Positions 1 through 9,381 are shown, counted from the first letter of the stretch. The stretch is DNA of 64,000 nt from Candidatus Hydrogenedentota bacterium (GCA_963668025.2 CAXXTH010000017.1:128001-192000), one strand, 5' to 3'. A program made the numbers and translations. Notes: generated by a model from the sequence alone, not told the origin.

Positions 1-263
1 TCGACCGGCGCATCTTTACCCCCCTGCCCCGCAGCGCCAAATCCTGGCGCCGCGAATACAAACACCGCACCGCCATCGAGCGAGTCAACAGCCGACTCGA
101 CGGCGCATACGGATTCGAGCGCCACTACATCCGCGGTATGAAAAAGATGCGCGCCCGCACCGGATTAGCCCTCCTCGTCATGCTCGGCATGGCCCTGGGA
201 TGGCTCGAAGCCGGCCAGGCAGAACGCATGCGCTCGCTCCTCGGACAGCCCCGCGCCGCATAG
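1..263 (+). mobile_element. 3' end of a DDE transposase (IS1182/IS5-like, DDE_Tnp_1_6-type C-terminus), truncated by the window edge
   Basis: Manual translation of frame 3: DRRIFTPLPRSAKSWRREYKHRTAIERVNSRLDGAYGFERHYIRGMKKM...; Y-xx-R-xx-IE signature; TAG at 261-263. Confidence 0.8.
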
Positions 264-450
264 ATCACATCGAATCCGCACAAGCAATGATGGCCCGAAT
301 CAAGGGCAAACCATGCCCATTCGGGCCGCAAGGGTCCTACACGCGAACCTCCTGCATGATTTATTGCACCCGTAGCGGAGGCGTAATCCCATTGCCACAG
401 GCGAAAACCGCTCCGCGTGTGCCCGCACCGTCCGCGCGTTCGCAAACCAC

Positions 451-470
451 GCTATTTCGCAAATGCCTCC
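451..470. mobile_element. Candidate right terminal inverted repeat of the IS
   Basis: GCTATTTCGCAAATGCCTCC about 190 bp after the transposase stop; its reverse complement (GGAGGC...AAATA) resembles the TIR of the MITE at 46281. The left end is outside the window. Confidence 0.35.
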
Positions 471-602
471 TCTGGGAAACTGCTTGATTTTATCGTCCCG
501 ATAATGGTGAAATACAGGCTTGATGTGCGTCCGGCATTTTCGGTGGGCGTGTTGGAAATAGGGCATGAAATTAAACTCAAGGCGCAGGAGGAATCACTTT
601 CG

Positions 603-1148
603 ATGTACGTACCTTCTAAGTTGTTTTTGACTCGGGGCGTTGGCAAACATCGCGAGAAACTCGCAAGTTTCGAGATGGCGTTGCGGGCTTGTTCTATTGC
701 CCAGTTCAACTTGGTGAAGGTATCCAGCATTTTCCCACCCCAATGCAAAGTCGTTAAAAAAGAGACGGGCCTCCGGGAATTAAGTGCGGGCCAGATTGTC
801 CATGTCGTCCTGGCGGAGGCTTCCACCTGCGAGCCGCGCCGCCTGCTGGCGGCGTCCATTGGCGTGGCGATTCCTCGTGAACCCGAGCAGTTTGGCTATC
901 TGTCCGAATTCCATGGCTTTGGCGTCACCGATGACAAAGCCGGCGAATATGCCGAAGATCTGGCCGCGCAGATGTTCGCTACGGTCATGGGCGTCGAGTT
1001 CGATCCCGATAAAAGCTGGGACGAGCGCAAAGAAATTTGGCGCATCAGCGGAAAATTCCTGACCACGCGAAACATCACCCAGAGCGCCTTAGGCGACAAA
1101 GATGGATTGTGGACTACGGCTTTAGCGGCTGCCGTTCTTATTCCCTAG
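603..1148 (+). CDS. pdaD: Pyruvoyl-dependent arginine decarboxylase
   Basis: MYVPSKLFLTRGVG...SFEMALR...NLVKVSSIFPP (Ser-Ser self-cleavage site), GYLSEFH; AGGAGG RBS before ATG 603. Confidence 0.92.
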   Translation: MYVPSKLFLTRGVGKHREKLASFEMALRACSIAQFNLVKVSSIFPPQCKVVKKETGLRELSAGQIVHVVLAEASTCEPRRLLAASIGVAIPREPEQFGYLSEFHGFGVTDDKAGEYAEDLAAQMFATVMGVEFDPDKSWDERKEIWRISGKFLTTRNITQSALGDKDGLWTTALAAAVLIP

Positions 1149-1177
1149 CACAGCATAGACGTGAATAATTGGAGAAC

Positions 1178-1203
1178 GTAGCGTGGGAATTTCCCCATGC
1201 TAT
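1178..1203. repeat. GTAG-headed REP-like hairpin
   Basis: GTAGCGTGGGAATTTCCCCATGCTAT; stem TAGCGTGGG/CCCATGCTA, related to the CATGGG..CCCATG hairpins at 3361-3425. Confidence 0.5.
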
Positions 1204-1300
1204 GATGAGGTGAGCGCTGTGCCCATTGCCGCCATTCGTGGGTCAAGGTTTTCTTGTTCTTTCAACTAAATTGAAACCTATGTACAACAAGGGGGAAGAC

Positions 1301-2398
1301 ATGTCCCAGCACCAATGGCTTTCAGGAAAACGGATCGCTCCCCCGGCGGTATCCGCCTGCGGTTCCGTGCGCGAACTCATTGACAAGACATTTGTCGCGT
1401 ATAACGGCGCACGCTTGCGCGAGGCCTGCCAGCTCTTTACGGAGAAGATGCTGCGTTCCGATGTGACGATAGGCATGTCGGTGAGCGGCGCATTGACGCC
1501 TGCGGGACTGGGTTGTTCATGCCTCGTGCCGCTCGTGCTGAATGGCATGGTGGACTGGATCGTGAGCACTGGGGCCAACCTCTACCACGACACCCATTTC
1601 GCCCTGGGCATGAATCTGCACGCCGGTTCGCCGTTTGTGAACGACTTGGCGCTGCGCGAGGACAAGATCATCCGCATCTACGATGTATTGTTCCACTACG
1701 ATGTGCTCCTCGATACGGACATGTTCTACAATGAGCTCCTACGCACCGAGGAATTCCAGCACACCATGGGCACCGCCGAATTCCATTATCTTATCGGCAA
1801 ATACCTGCTCGGGCGCGCGGAAACCTTGGGCGCGGAAGATCATAGCCTCCTCGTGGCGGCGTATAAGGCGGGCGTGCCCATTTATACCTCGTCGCCGGGT
1901 GACAGCTCGGTGGGCATGAATCTCGCCGCCGTGGCCTTGGATGGCAGCCAATGCCGCATCGATCCCAACATCGACGTGAACGAGACGGCCGCTATCGTGT
2001 ACCACGCCACGCGCCAAGGCAAAAGCGCCGTGGTGATCCTGGGCGGCGGCTCGCCGAAGAATTTCGTCTTGCAGACGGAGCCCCATATCCAGGAGGTGCT
2101 GGGGCTTACGGGCGACGGCCATACGTATTTTATTCAGTTCACGGACGCCCGGCCCGACACGGGCGGCCTGAGCGGCGCTACACCCTCGGAAGCCGTGAGC
2201 TGGGGTAAAATCGACCCGAATCATCTGCCCGATTCCGTGGTGTGTTATCTTGACACGACGGTGGCCCTGCCGTTGCTGACGGCATATGCCTTCGAAGCGC
2301 GTGAAGCCCGTCCGCGCCGCAGCCTCTATAATCAACGCGAGGCCATCATGCAAGCCATGCGCGATGACTATGCCAAACGCTTAACGGAAAACGCATAG
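1301..2398 (+). CDS. speY: Deoxyhypusine synthase-like protein (homospermidine biosynthesis)
   Basis: SGALTPAGLG, STGANLYHD, SPGDSS, GGGSPKNF (catalytic Lys), DTGGLSGATPSEAVSWGK; lies between pdaD and speB. Confidence 0.88.
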   Translation: MSQHQWLSGKRIAPPAVSACGSVRELIDKTFVAYNGARLREACQLFTEKMLRSDVTIGMSVSGALTPAGLGCSCLVPLVLNGMVDWIVSTGANLYHDTHFALGMNLHAGSPFVNDLALREDKIIRIYDVLFHYDVLLDTDMFYNELLRTEEFQHTMGTAEFHYLIGKYLLGRAETLGAEDHSLLVAAYKAGVPIYTSSPGDSSVGMNLAAVALDGSQCRIDPNIDVNETAAIVYHATRQGKSAVVILGGGSPKNFVLQTEPHIQEVLGLTGDGHTYFIQFTDARPDTGGLSGATPSEAVSWGKIDPNHLPDSVVCYLDTTVALPLLTAYAFEAREARPRRSLYNQREAIMQAMRDDYAKRLTENA

Positions 2399-2400
2399 CC

Positions 2401-3309
2401 ATGAAGTATCGCAGGCATTTGCCCACGGAAGAGAATTTTCTTGCCCTCGAGCCGGAGGATTCTGATCCGGATACGGCGGGGGTGATTGTGCTCGCCGCGC
2501 CGTTCGAGGAAACCTCGACTTATGGCGTAGGTTCGGCGCGCGGCCCAGAAGCCATAATAGCCGCTTCCCACGAGGTCGAACTGTTCGACGCCGCGCTCGG
2601 TTTTGAAGCCTACCAATCGGCGGGCGGCATTGCCACTTTGGAATTCCTTGATGTCGCCGGATGCGATGGGCCTGGCCTGGCGGCGTTGCTACGGGAAGAA
2701 ACATGCTATTGGATAGAGCGGGGCCGTTTCGTCATGGCGCTGGGCGGCGAGCATACGTCGGTGGTGGGCGCTATCGAAGCCCATTGCCAGGCGTATCCGA
2801 ATGTGACGGTCCTCCAGCTCGATGCCCATAGCGATCTGCGGCCAGAATATTTGGGCGCATCTTGGAACCATGCCTGCGCCATGGCGCGCGTGTTGGATTT
2901 TCATGGCCGCCTCGTGCAAGTGGGCATTCGCAGCCAAGCCAAGGAAGAGCGCGAACGCGCGAACGCCACGCCCGGCATTACGGTTTTTTATGCCCATGAA
3001 GTGCTGGATAGGCATGACGCCCATGAAGACTGGATAGCGGATATCGTGGCCGCTTGCACGCCGAATGTATATGTCACCCTGGATTGCGATGTGCTGGATC
3101 CCTCGATCATGGCCGCTACCGGCACGCCGGAGCCTGCGGGCCTTTCCTGGCGCATGCTGGACGCCCTGTTCGCCCGCCTGTGCGCGGAACGCCAGCTTGT
3201 GGGTTTTGACGTAAACGAACTCGCACCTATCGAGGGCGTCGCATATCCCGAATTCTCGATGGCGAAATTGATCTACCGGATCATTGGCCGCCGCTTCCCC
3301 GAGGCGTAA
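2401..3309 (+). CDS. speB: Agmatinase (ureohydrolase family)
   Basis: PFEETSTY, GGEH, DAHSD, LDCDVLDP and TGTPEP metal-binding motifs. Confidence 0.9.
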   Translation: MKYRRHLPTEENFLALEPEDSDPDTAGVIVLAAPFEETSTYGVGSARGPEAIIAASHEVELFDAALGFEAYQSAGGIATLEFLDVAGCDGPGLAALLREETCYWIERGRFVMALGGEHTSVVGAIEAHCQAYPNVTVLQLDAHSDLRPEYLGASWNHACAMARVLDFHGRLVQVGIRSQAKEERERANATPGITVFYAHEVLDRHDAHEDWIADIVAACTPNVYVTLDCDVLDPSIMAATGTPEPAGLSWRMLDALFARLCAERQLVGFDVNELAPIEGVAYPEFSMAKLIYRIIGRRFPEA

Positions 3310-3360
3310 TGATTTTTCTGATGGCGCTCTCGCCAGTGGTATAGTATCCCCAAAAAGCCG

Positions 3361-3425
3361 CATGGGCTCTCGCCCATGGCGCACGCGCTAAAACCTAAGC
3401 TTCATGGGCGGGACGCCCATGAAGC
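3361..3425. repeat. Pair of REP-like hairpins
   Basis: CATGGGCTCTCGCCCATG (3361-3378) and the perfect stem GCTTCATGGGCG-GGA-CGCCCATGAAGC (3399-3425). Confidence 0.6.
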
Positions 3426-3446
3426 GGAATGTATGCACGGGATGGC

Positions 3447-3917
3447 ATGAGGGAAACGGACTCCGCAAAACGTCTAGAAAAGACCATTATCGGATGGTCT
3501 GAGTATGTGGATCTGCCCGAATGGGGCGTGCTGGGCCTGCATGCCAAAGTGGACACAGGCGCGCAGACCAGTGCGTTGCATGTGGAAGGCTTGGAAGAAT
3601 TAGAAGACGGATGGGTGCGGTTTACGGTTATTTTGAGCCGCCGCAACCGCCATAAGCGCGTGGAAGTCACGGCCCGGGTTCTGAAATGGGGCCGCGTGCG
3701 TTCGAGCACGGGCCATTTCACCGTGCGATGCTTTGTCCGCACGCGTATGCGGATTGGACTTGTCGAGAAACTCATCGAACTCTCATTGGTCTCCCGCGAA
3801 GAGATGGTGTACCGTATGTTGTTGGGCAGGCAAGCGCTCGAAAAGGACTTTCTGGTGGATGTCAGCCGCAAGCGCACGTTAGGCCGCGTACGCGCCAAGA
3901 GGAAACCAAGAGCGTGA
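3447..3917 (+). CDS. RimB-like retropepsin-fold protease (RimK-associated, PF05618-like)
   Basis: IIGWSEYV...AKVDTGAQTSALH...MLLGRQAL; GTGA overlap with rimK. Alternative start at 3429. Confidence 0.88.
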   Translation: MRETDSAKRLEKTIIGWSEYVDLPEWGVLGLHAKVDTGAQTSALHVEGLEELEDGWVRFTVILSRRNRHKRVEVTARVLKWGRVRSSTGHFTVRCFVRTRMRIGLVEKLIELSLVSREEMVYRMLLGRQALEKDFLVDVSRKRTLGRVRAKRKPRA

Positions 3918-5086
3918 AAATGGGCATTCTCAGCCGGATGGCCCGAAGCTATAGCACGCGCCGCTTGAAAGAGGCGGCCGTACGGCGCGGGCATAGCGTC
4001 CAAGTGCTCGATACCTTCAAGTTCAGCATCATGCTCGAGCAGGAAGAGCCCGGCCTCTTTTACCGCCACCGGCGCTTGCCCCATTTTGACGCCGTCATCC
4101 CGCGCATCGGAGCCGGCATCACGTTTTTCGGCGTGGCGGTGGTGCGCCAGTTCGAGCAGATGGGCGTGTATTGCGCCAACGAATCCATGGGCATTACGCG
4201 TTCAAGAGACAAGCTCCGCGCCATCCAGATTTTCAGCCGCTACGATGTGGGGATTCCCCCTACCGTTTTTGTACGCGATAACGAAGAAGTCCTGCCCGCC
4301 ATCAAGCGCGTGGGCGGGGTGCCCGTGATCATCAAGCTCATCGAGGGCACCCAAGGCGTGGGCGTTATCCTCGCCGAGACCGAGAAAGTCGCGGAAGCCA
4401 TCATCCAAACCCTGCAAAGCGCCAAGCAAAACGTCCTCATCCAAAAATTCGTCAAGGAGAGCCAAGGCCGCGATATCCGCGCGCTGGTGGTGGGCGACCA
4501 CGTGGTGGCCGCCATGCGCCGCACCGCCAAGCCGGGCGAATTCCGCAGCAATGTCCACCGGGGCGCATCCATCGAGGGCCTCCGGCTCGAGCCGGAGTAT
4601 GAACGCACGGCGGTGCGGGCCGCCCAAATCATGGGGCTGCGCATCGCTGGGGTGGATATGCTCGAGGCGGAGCAAGGCCCCCAATTGCTCGAGGTGAATT
4701 CATCTCCGGGCCTCGAGGGCATCGAAGCCGCCACGGGCGTGGATGTGGCGGGAGCCATCATCGAAGACATTGAAAACCAGGTGCTTTTCCCTGAAGTGGA
4801 CCTACACCAGCGGCTGCGCCTCACGGGCGGATATGGCATCGCCGAATTCACCGTGCATCACATGCCGGAGCTCGAAGGCAAAGCGCTTCGGGACACCTCG
4901 TTAGCCGCGCACAATATCCACGTCATGAGCATTACCCGCCAGCGTTCGGTCACCCCCAATCCAACCGGAGACGACATCATCCAGACGGGCGACGTACTGC
5001 TTTGTTATGGCGATCTGCGCATGCTGCGCGACATGATGCCCGCCCAGCGCAACCGGCGCGGCAAAGGCCGGAAAAAAGATAAATAA
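3914..5086 (+). CDS. rimK: RimK-family alpha-L-glutamate ligase with C-terminal RCK_C (TrkA_C) domain
   Basis: YSTRRLKEAA, DAVIPRIG, EGTQGVGV, EFRSNVHRG, GVDML, LEVNSSPGLEGIE; extra ~95 aa EFTV..LEGKALRD..NPTGDDIIQTGDVLLCYG. Confidence 0.9.
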   Translation: MKMGILSRMARSYSTRRLKEAAVRRGHSVQVLDTFKFSIMLEQEEPGLFYRHRRLPHFDAVIPRIGAGITFFGVAVVRQFEQMGVYCANESMGITRSRDKLRAIQIFSRYDVGIPPTVFVRDNEEVLPAIKRVGGVPVIIKLIEGTQGVGVILAETEKVAEAIIQTLQSAKQNVLIQKFVKESQGRDIRALVVGDHVVAAMRRTAKPGEFRSNVHRGASIEGLRLEPEYERTAVRAAQIMGLRIAGVDMLEAEQGPQLLEVNSSPGLEGIEAATGVDVAGAIIEDIENQVLFPEVDLHQRLRLTGGYGIAEFTVHHMPELEGKALRDTSLAAHNIHVMSITRQRSVTPNPTGDDIIQTGDVLLCYGDLRMLRDMMPAQRNRRGKGRKKDK

Positions 5087-5105
5087 CGTGGTAAGTGGTG
5101 AAGAA

Positions 5106-5178
5106 TGACCGGCGAGGGCGCCGGTCCCACACATTGCATAGTAAAAAAAACTGCGGGACCGCCGTCCCCCGGCGGTCA
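5106..5178. repeat. Back-to-back REP pair downstream of rimK
   Basis: Minus-strand GTGG-GACCGGCG-CCCT-CGCCGGTC (5106-5130) and plus-strand GCGG-GACCGCCG-TCCCC-CGGCGGTC (5153-5178). Confidence 0.65.
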
Positions 5179-5353
5179 TCAGATGGAAAATGAATTCGGG
5201 ATGCGCGATCTGCACGGATGTGCTTTTGGTGAAAAATATCAAAAATGAGGGTAGAGTTTCGTGTATTTCGGGTAATATTTCGAATACACTGTAAATTTAA
5301 GCCATAAAACAATAAAGAGTGAACCGATAATCGCGCATCGTAGATAGGATTTG

Positions 5354-5382
5354 TTGACATGATACTGCGAGCGTGCTAATCT
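5354..5382 (+). promoter_or_regulatory. Sigma70-type promoter upstream of cheA
   Basis: TTGACA (5354-5359), 17-bp spacer ending TGC (extended -10), TAATCT (5377-5382). Confidence 0.55.
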
Positions 5383-5527
5383 GGTAAACAGTTCGAGTCT
5401 CTGTTTTTTCTTCGCGCGGATAGGTAGACGAATGAATCGCCAATCGGTTCAGCCGTGGCGGGGTCTGCCGGTTTTTTCGCGTGGAAGGGCGTAGTAACGC
5501 GTGGCTGGGGCTGGACAGGGGCGGGTC

Positions 5528-8482
5528 ATGCTGGACGCATCAATCCAAGCGCAAGTAGAACAGCTCTCCGAAGCGCTCGTGTTCGCGGAGCTTACGGATA
5601 TGCCTGCCTTGGCGCAGTTGCATACTCAGTTTCAAGAATTAGGAAACTGGGCATTAGCGGCTGACATGCCCATGGTAGTTTCCGCCATGGAAGCATGCGC
5701 AAGCTGCATTGAGAAAATAATACTTGAGGAGACTGATGAGCCCCAGGCGCTCCTGAGTGGTGTGGGAGAAGCGGCCGGGGCGCTCCAGGCCATTGTGCGT
5801 GATGGGCGCGACCCCGCCGAAGTGGCGTTTCCCGCGATATTGGGATTGAATCCGCCTGCGGCTCCCCAGCCGAAAAGAGCGGTTCTTTTCGACGAACATA
5901 GAGAACCCGATACGACGCCCGCAGCAGTGGCAAGCGACGTTTCCGATGATATCATGGCCCGCGCTGCGCAAGCGCCGGGCGCTTCGCTTTCTTCCGTGGT
6001 GGATAACAAAATCTTGAGCGATTTCGTGAACCGCCAATCCAACTCCCTAGAGGAGATGGAATCGCTTGTTTTATCGCTCGAGCAAGAACCCGATGAATCT
6101 AAAAAAGCAGAATTGCGCCGTTATATCCACACGCTCAAGGGTGAGGCGGGCCTGGTAGGTTTCTTTGATGTCGAGCGCGTCTGCCATTTGACGGAGGATG
6201 CGATCAATGAGCATCCCATCAATACGCTGACGGATATTTTGCTCGATGTGAAAGACTGGCTATCGCGTGTTTTTGTATTTTTCTCGGGCAAAGGTGAATT
6301 GGCGGAGCCTGCCGACAGCCTTATTCAACGCATTATTGACCTTCATGGCTCCCCTGATCCCGGATCACCCGAGGAACCACAAGCGGCCCAGCATGAGCCC
6401 GCCGCCCAAGCGGAATCTCGATATTTGACCGGCGCGCCGGATTTGTTGTGTGAATTCGTGACGGAAGCCCTCGAGCATCTGGATAATGCGGACACCCATC
6501 TTTTGACGGTGGAAGTCGAGCCCCATAATGAAGAAGCGCTGAACGCCGTTTTCCGCGCCTTTCACACCATAAAGGGGGTTTCGGGCTTTCTCGATTTGGG
6601 TGATCTCCAATCCATTGCCCACGAAGCAGAAAATCTGCTGGATCGCGCCCGAAAAGGCGAAGCCGAACTTATCGGTATGAATATGGACTTAACCTTCGAC
6701 GCCGTGGATATGATGAAGCGTTTGGTCCAGTTCGTGGCGGACGCCCTTTCCTCCGGTATGCCATTGGCGATGGAAAACGGCTTGCCCGCCCTCATCCAAC
6801 AGATGCGCACTGCGGTGGCCAGCAGTAAAGACGCCGTAATTGCGCCGCATCCGGCGCCAGCCGTAGCGCCAACTCCCGCTGTTCGGGTGGGAGAGATATT
6901 AGTAAGCTCGGGAAAAGTGACACCAATCGAGCTATCGGAAGCCTTGCATGCCCAGGGGGAGATCAGCCATCAGGAGCTGGGCGAGCTTCTCATCAAGTAT
7001 ATCGTGATTACGCGTTCACAGCTCGATGAAGCCCTTCAGGTGCAGAGGGAGCAAGGGGGCGGCCAGCGGCTTGGCGACATACTGGTCTCCCTGGGAATGG
7101 CAACCCAAGCAGACATTGACCGCGTACTCCGCTATCAAAAACAAGGCGCACTGCCGAAAATTGGCGAAATCCTTGTCGAACAAGGCATAACGGCCGCTAA
7201 AGACGTGGCGCAAGCGCTACGCGCCCAGAAACAGGCCCCGCATCCTCAGCAGAAGGTGGAAGTGCGCGAGGCGGTTCGTATTGATGCGGATCGCCTAGAC
7301 CGGCTCGTGGACCTCATCGGGGAAATTGTCATCGCCGAGTCCATGGTGAGCCAGTCGCCGGAATTACGGGCCCGCGCATCCAGTGCGTTGCGGCAGCATA
7401 TTAGCCAGCTAGATAAAATCACGCGGGAACTTCAGGAAATGGGCACTTCATTGCGCATGGTGCCCGTGCGCGCCACGTTCCAGAAGATGGCGCGCCTGGT
7501 GCGCGATCTTGCCAAAAAAGCGAATAAAAAAGTGGAATTCGAGATGCATGGCGAGGAGACGGAACTCGATAAGAGCGTTGTGGACAAGATAGGCGATCCG
7601 CTGGTGCATATGGTGCGCAACGCGGTGGACCACGGCCTGGAGGCGACGCCGGAAGAACGGATTCGGGCGGGCAAGCAGGAAGCGGGCATGGTGCAATTGC
7701 GGGCGTTTCACAGGGGCGGGAATATTTATATCGAAATCGAGGATGATGGGCTAGGCCTTGATCGTGAAGCAATTATCAGCAAAGCTATTGAACGGGGAAT
7801 CATTCGTGAAAGTGATTCGTTAAGCGACCGGGAAGTCTGGAACCTTATTTTTGAGCCCGGCTTCTCGACGGCCAAGCAGGTCACGGATGTCTCGGGGCGC
7901 GGCGTGGGCATGGATGTAGTCCGCCGCAATGTGGAATTGCTGCGGGGCCAGATCGATATCCACAGCGAGAGAGGCTTAGGCTCCAAATTCAGCATCCGGC
8001 TGCCGCTCACGCTGGCGATCATTGATGGCATGGTCATCCGAGTAGGCAAGGAACGCTATATTATACCCACGTTATCCGTCGTGCGCTCGGTGCAGCCCGC
8101 TCCGGAGAATCTGTTTTCCGTCGCCCGAAAAGGAGAAATGCTTTCGCTCCAAGGCCAGTTGATACCCTTGTTCCGGCTTGACCATCTCTTCAAGATTCCA
8201 GATGCGATTCAAGATCCGACTCAAGCGCTTGTAATCATTGTGGAAGACGATGGGAAGCTGGCGGGGCTTTTGATAGACGAACTCCTGGGCCAGCAGCAGA
8301 TAGTGATTAAATCGCTCGGTGATGGCTTGGGGAGCATTCGTGGCGTATCGGGCGGGGCGATCATGCCGGATGGCCTTGTCGGTTTGATTTTAGATGTGGG
8401 CGGTTTGGTGCGTATCGCCAATTCGATGACGGAAGCGCCGGGCAGTGCGCCGTATGCGGACGTACTTATGGTGCGGGCATGA
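5528..8482 (+). CDS. cheA: Chemotaxis histidine kinase CheA with two Hpt domains and MshEN-like repeats
   Basis: RYIHTLKGEAG and RAFHTIKGVSG (Hpt); RLDRLVDLIGE dimerisation; HMVRNAVDHG, DDGLG, FEPGFSTA, SGRGVGMDVV; C-terminal CheW-like domain. Confidence 0.95.
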   Translation: MLDASIQAQVEQLSEALVFAELTDMPALAQLHTQFQELGNWALAADMPMVVSAMEACASCIEKIILEETDEPQALLSGVGEAAGALQAIVRDGRDPAEVAFPAILGLNPPAAPQPKRAVLFDEHREPDTTPAAVASDVSDDIMARAAQAPGASLSSVVDNKILSDFVNRQSNSLEEMESLVLSLEQEPDESKKAELRRYIHTLKGEAGLVGFFDVERVCHLTEDAINEHPINTLTDILLDVKDWLSRVFVFFSGKGELAEPADSLIQRIIDLHGSPDPGSPEEPQAAQHEPAAQAESRYLTGAPDLLCEFVTEALEHLDNADTHLLTVEVEPHNEEALNAVFRAFHTIKGVSGFLDLGDLQSIAHEAENLLDRARKGEAELIGMNMDLTFDAVDMMKRLVQFVADALSSGMPLAMENGLPALIQQMRTAVASSKDAVIAPHPAPAVAPTPAVRVGEILVSSGKVTPIELSEALHAQGEISHQELGELLIKYIVITRSQLDEALQVQREQGGGQRLGDILVSLGMATQADIDRVLRYQKQGALPKIGEILVEQGITAAKDVAQALRAQKQAPHPQQKVEVREAVRIDADRLDRLVDLIGEIVIAESMVSQSPELRARASSALRQHISQLDKITRELQEMGTSLRMVPVRATFQKMARLVRDLAKKANKKVEFEMHGEETELDKSVVDKIGDPLVHMVRNAVDHGLEATPEERIRAGKQEAGMVQLRAFHRGGNIYIEIEDDGLGLDREAIISKAIERGIIRESDSLSDREVWNLIFEPGFSTAKQVTDVSGRGVGMDVVRRNVELLRGQIDIHSERGLGSKFSIRLPLTLAIIDGMVIRVGKERYIIPTLSVVRSVQPAPENLFSVARKGEMLSLQGQLIPLFRLDHLFKIPDAIQDPTQALVIIVEDDGKLAGLLIDELLGQQQIVIKSLGDGLGSIRGVSGGAIMPDGLVGLILDVGGLVRIANSMTEAPGSAPYADVLMVRA

Positions 8483-8594
8483 GAGATACCCGCGCACGCT
8501 GGCAGGCGGCGCTACAATAGACACGGAGAAGGGAATTGTCCGGCTTCTTCATGGGAAGGGGCGGATGCCCATATGTGTAAGAAGGAGGCACAGC

Positions 8595-9122
8595 ATGGCG
8601 GAACATAGCAATACGACACAATCAGGTGGCGCAGCCACCAGTTTGCAGGAATCAGTTGCGGGGCAGTACCTCACGTTCAAACTGGGCGATGAAGTATATG
8701 GGCTGCAGATCCTCAAAGTGCAGACAATCATCAATATTATGCCAGTGACCCGTGTCCCACGCACGCCAGAATATGTGCGCGGCGTCATTAACCTGCGGGG
8801 CAAGGTGATTCCAGTGCTTGAATTGCGCATCAAATTCGGCATGGGGGCCGCGGAGGATACCGCGCGCACATGCGTCATTGTGGTGCAAGTGGAAAACGAG
8901 AACCAGGCCTTCACCATGGGCATTGTGGTGGATGAAGTGTCGGAAGTTCTTGAAGTTGCAGCCGAACAGATCGAGCCGCCCCCCTCGTTTGGCGCTGCCG
9001 TGGCCACTGAATTCATCCTGGGTATGGGCAAGATAGGTGAAAAAGTAGTCATGCTGCTGGATGTGGCGCGAGTCCTGTCCGGAGCGGAGCTGGTGGCGGT
9101 GCAGACAGTGCAGAACGGATAG
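8595..9122 (+). CDS. cheW: Chemotaxis coupling protein CheW
   Basis: YLTFKLG..TRVPRTPEYVRGVINLRGKVIPV..GIVVDEV; AAGGAGG RBS. Confidence 0.95.
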   Translation: MAEHSNTTQSGGAATSLQESVAGQYLTFKLGDEVYGLQILKVQTIINIMPVTRVPRTPEYVRGVINLRGKVIPVLELRIKFGMGAAEDTARTCVIVVQVENENQAFTMGIVVDEVSEVLEVAAEQIEPPPSFGAAVATEFILGMGKIGEKVVMLLDVARVLSGAELVAVQTVQNG

Positions 9123-9381
9123 TGCGGAAGGATTTGCGCCGCCATGGCGTTTGCCACGGAGGAGCGCGAAACCATAGGCCGTCATGCATTAGCCAAAGGC
9201 TGCCGCGTTGGGCTATAATCTTAGCTGATGCTGCGGCTTGACCTTCGCCTGAGTCTTGCGGTGTAAGTAGCCGCACCCGTGGAGGTGTATCATACGAAGT
9301 GCGGAATGAGGGCTTATAAGCAAACCTGGAATAATTGAATAAACCCCGCGCGGGGAGTGTTGTGAAGGAGCCAATGCCGTC

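Noticed and set aside
417-602. N-terminal extension of pdaD
   Set aside because: Overlaps the presumed IS end; similarity and RBS point to ATG 603.
1301-2398. True deoxyhypusine synthase modifying eIF5A or EF-P
   Set aside because: No such substrate gene nearby; the pdaD/speB context fits polyamine synthesis.
9130-9155. Minus-strand GGCAAAC...GGCGCAAA resembling a c-di-GMP-I riboswitch
   Set aside because: No GNRA-capped P2 or recognisable P3, and it is antisense to the che genes; an Infernal RF01051 search would settle it.
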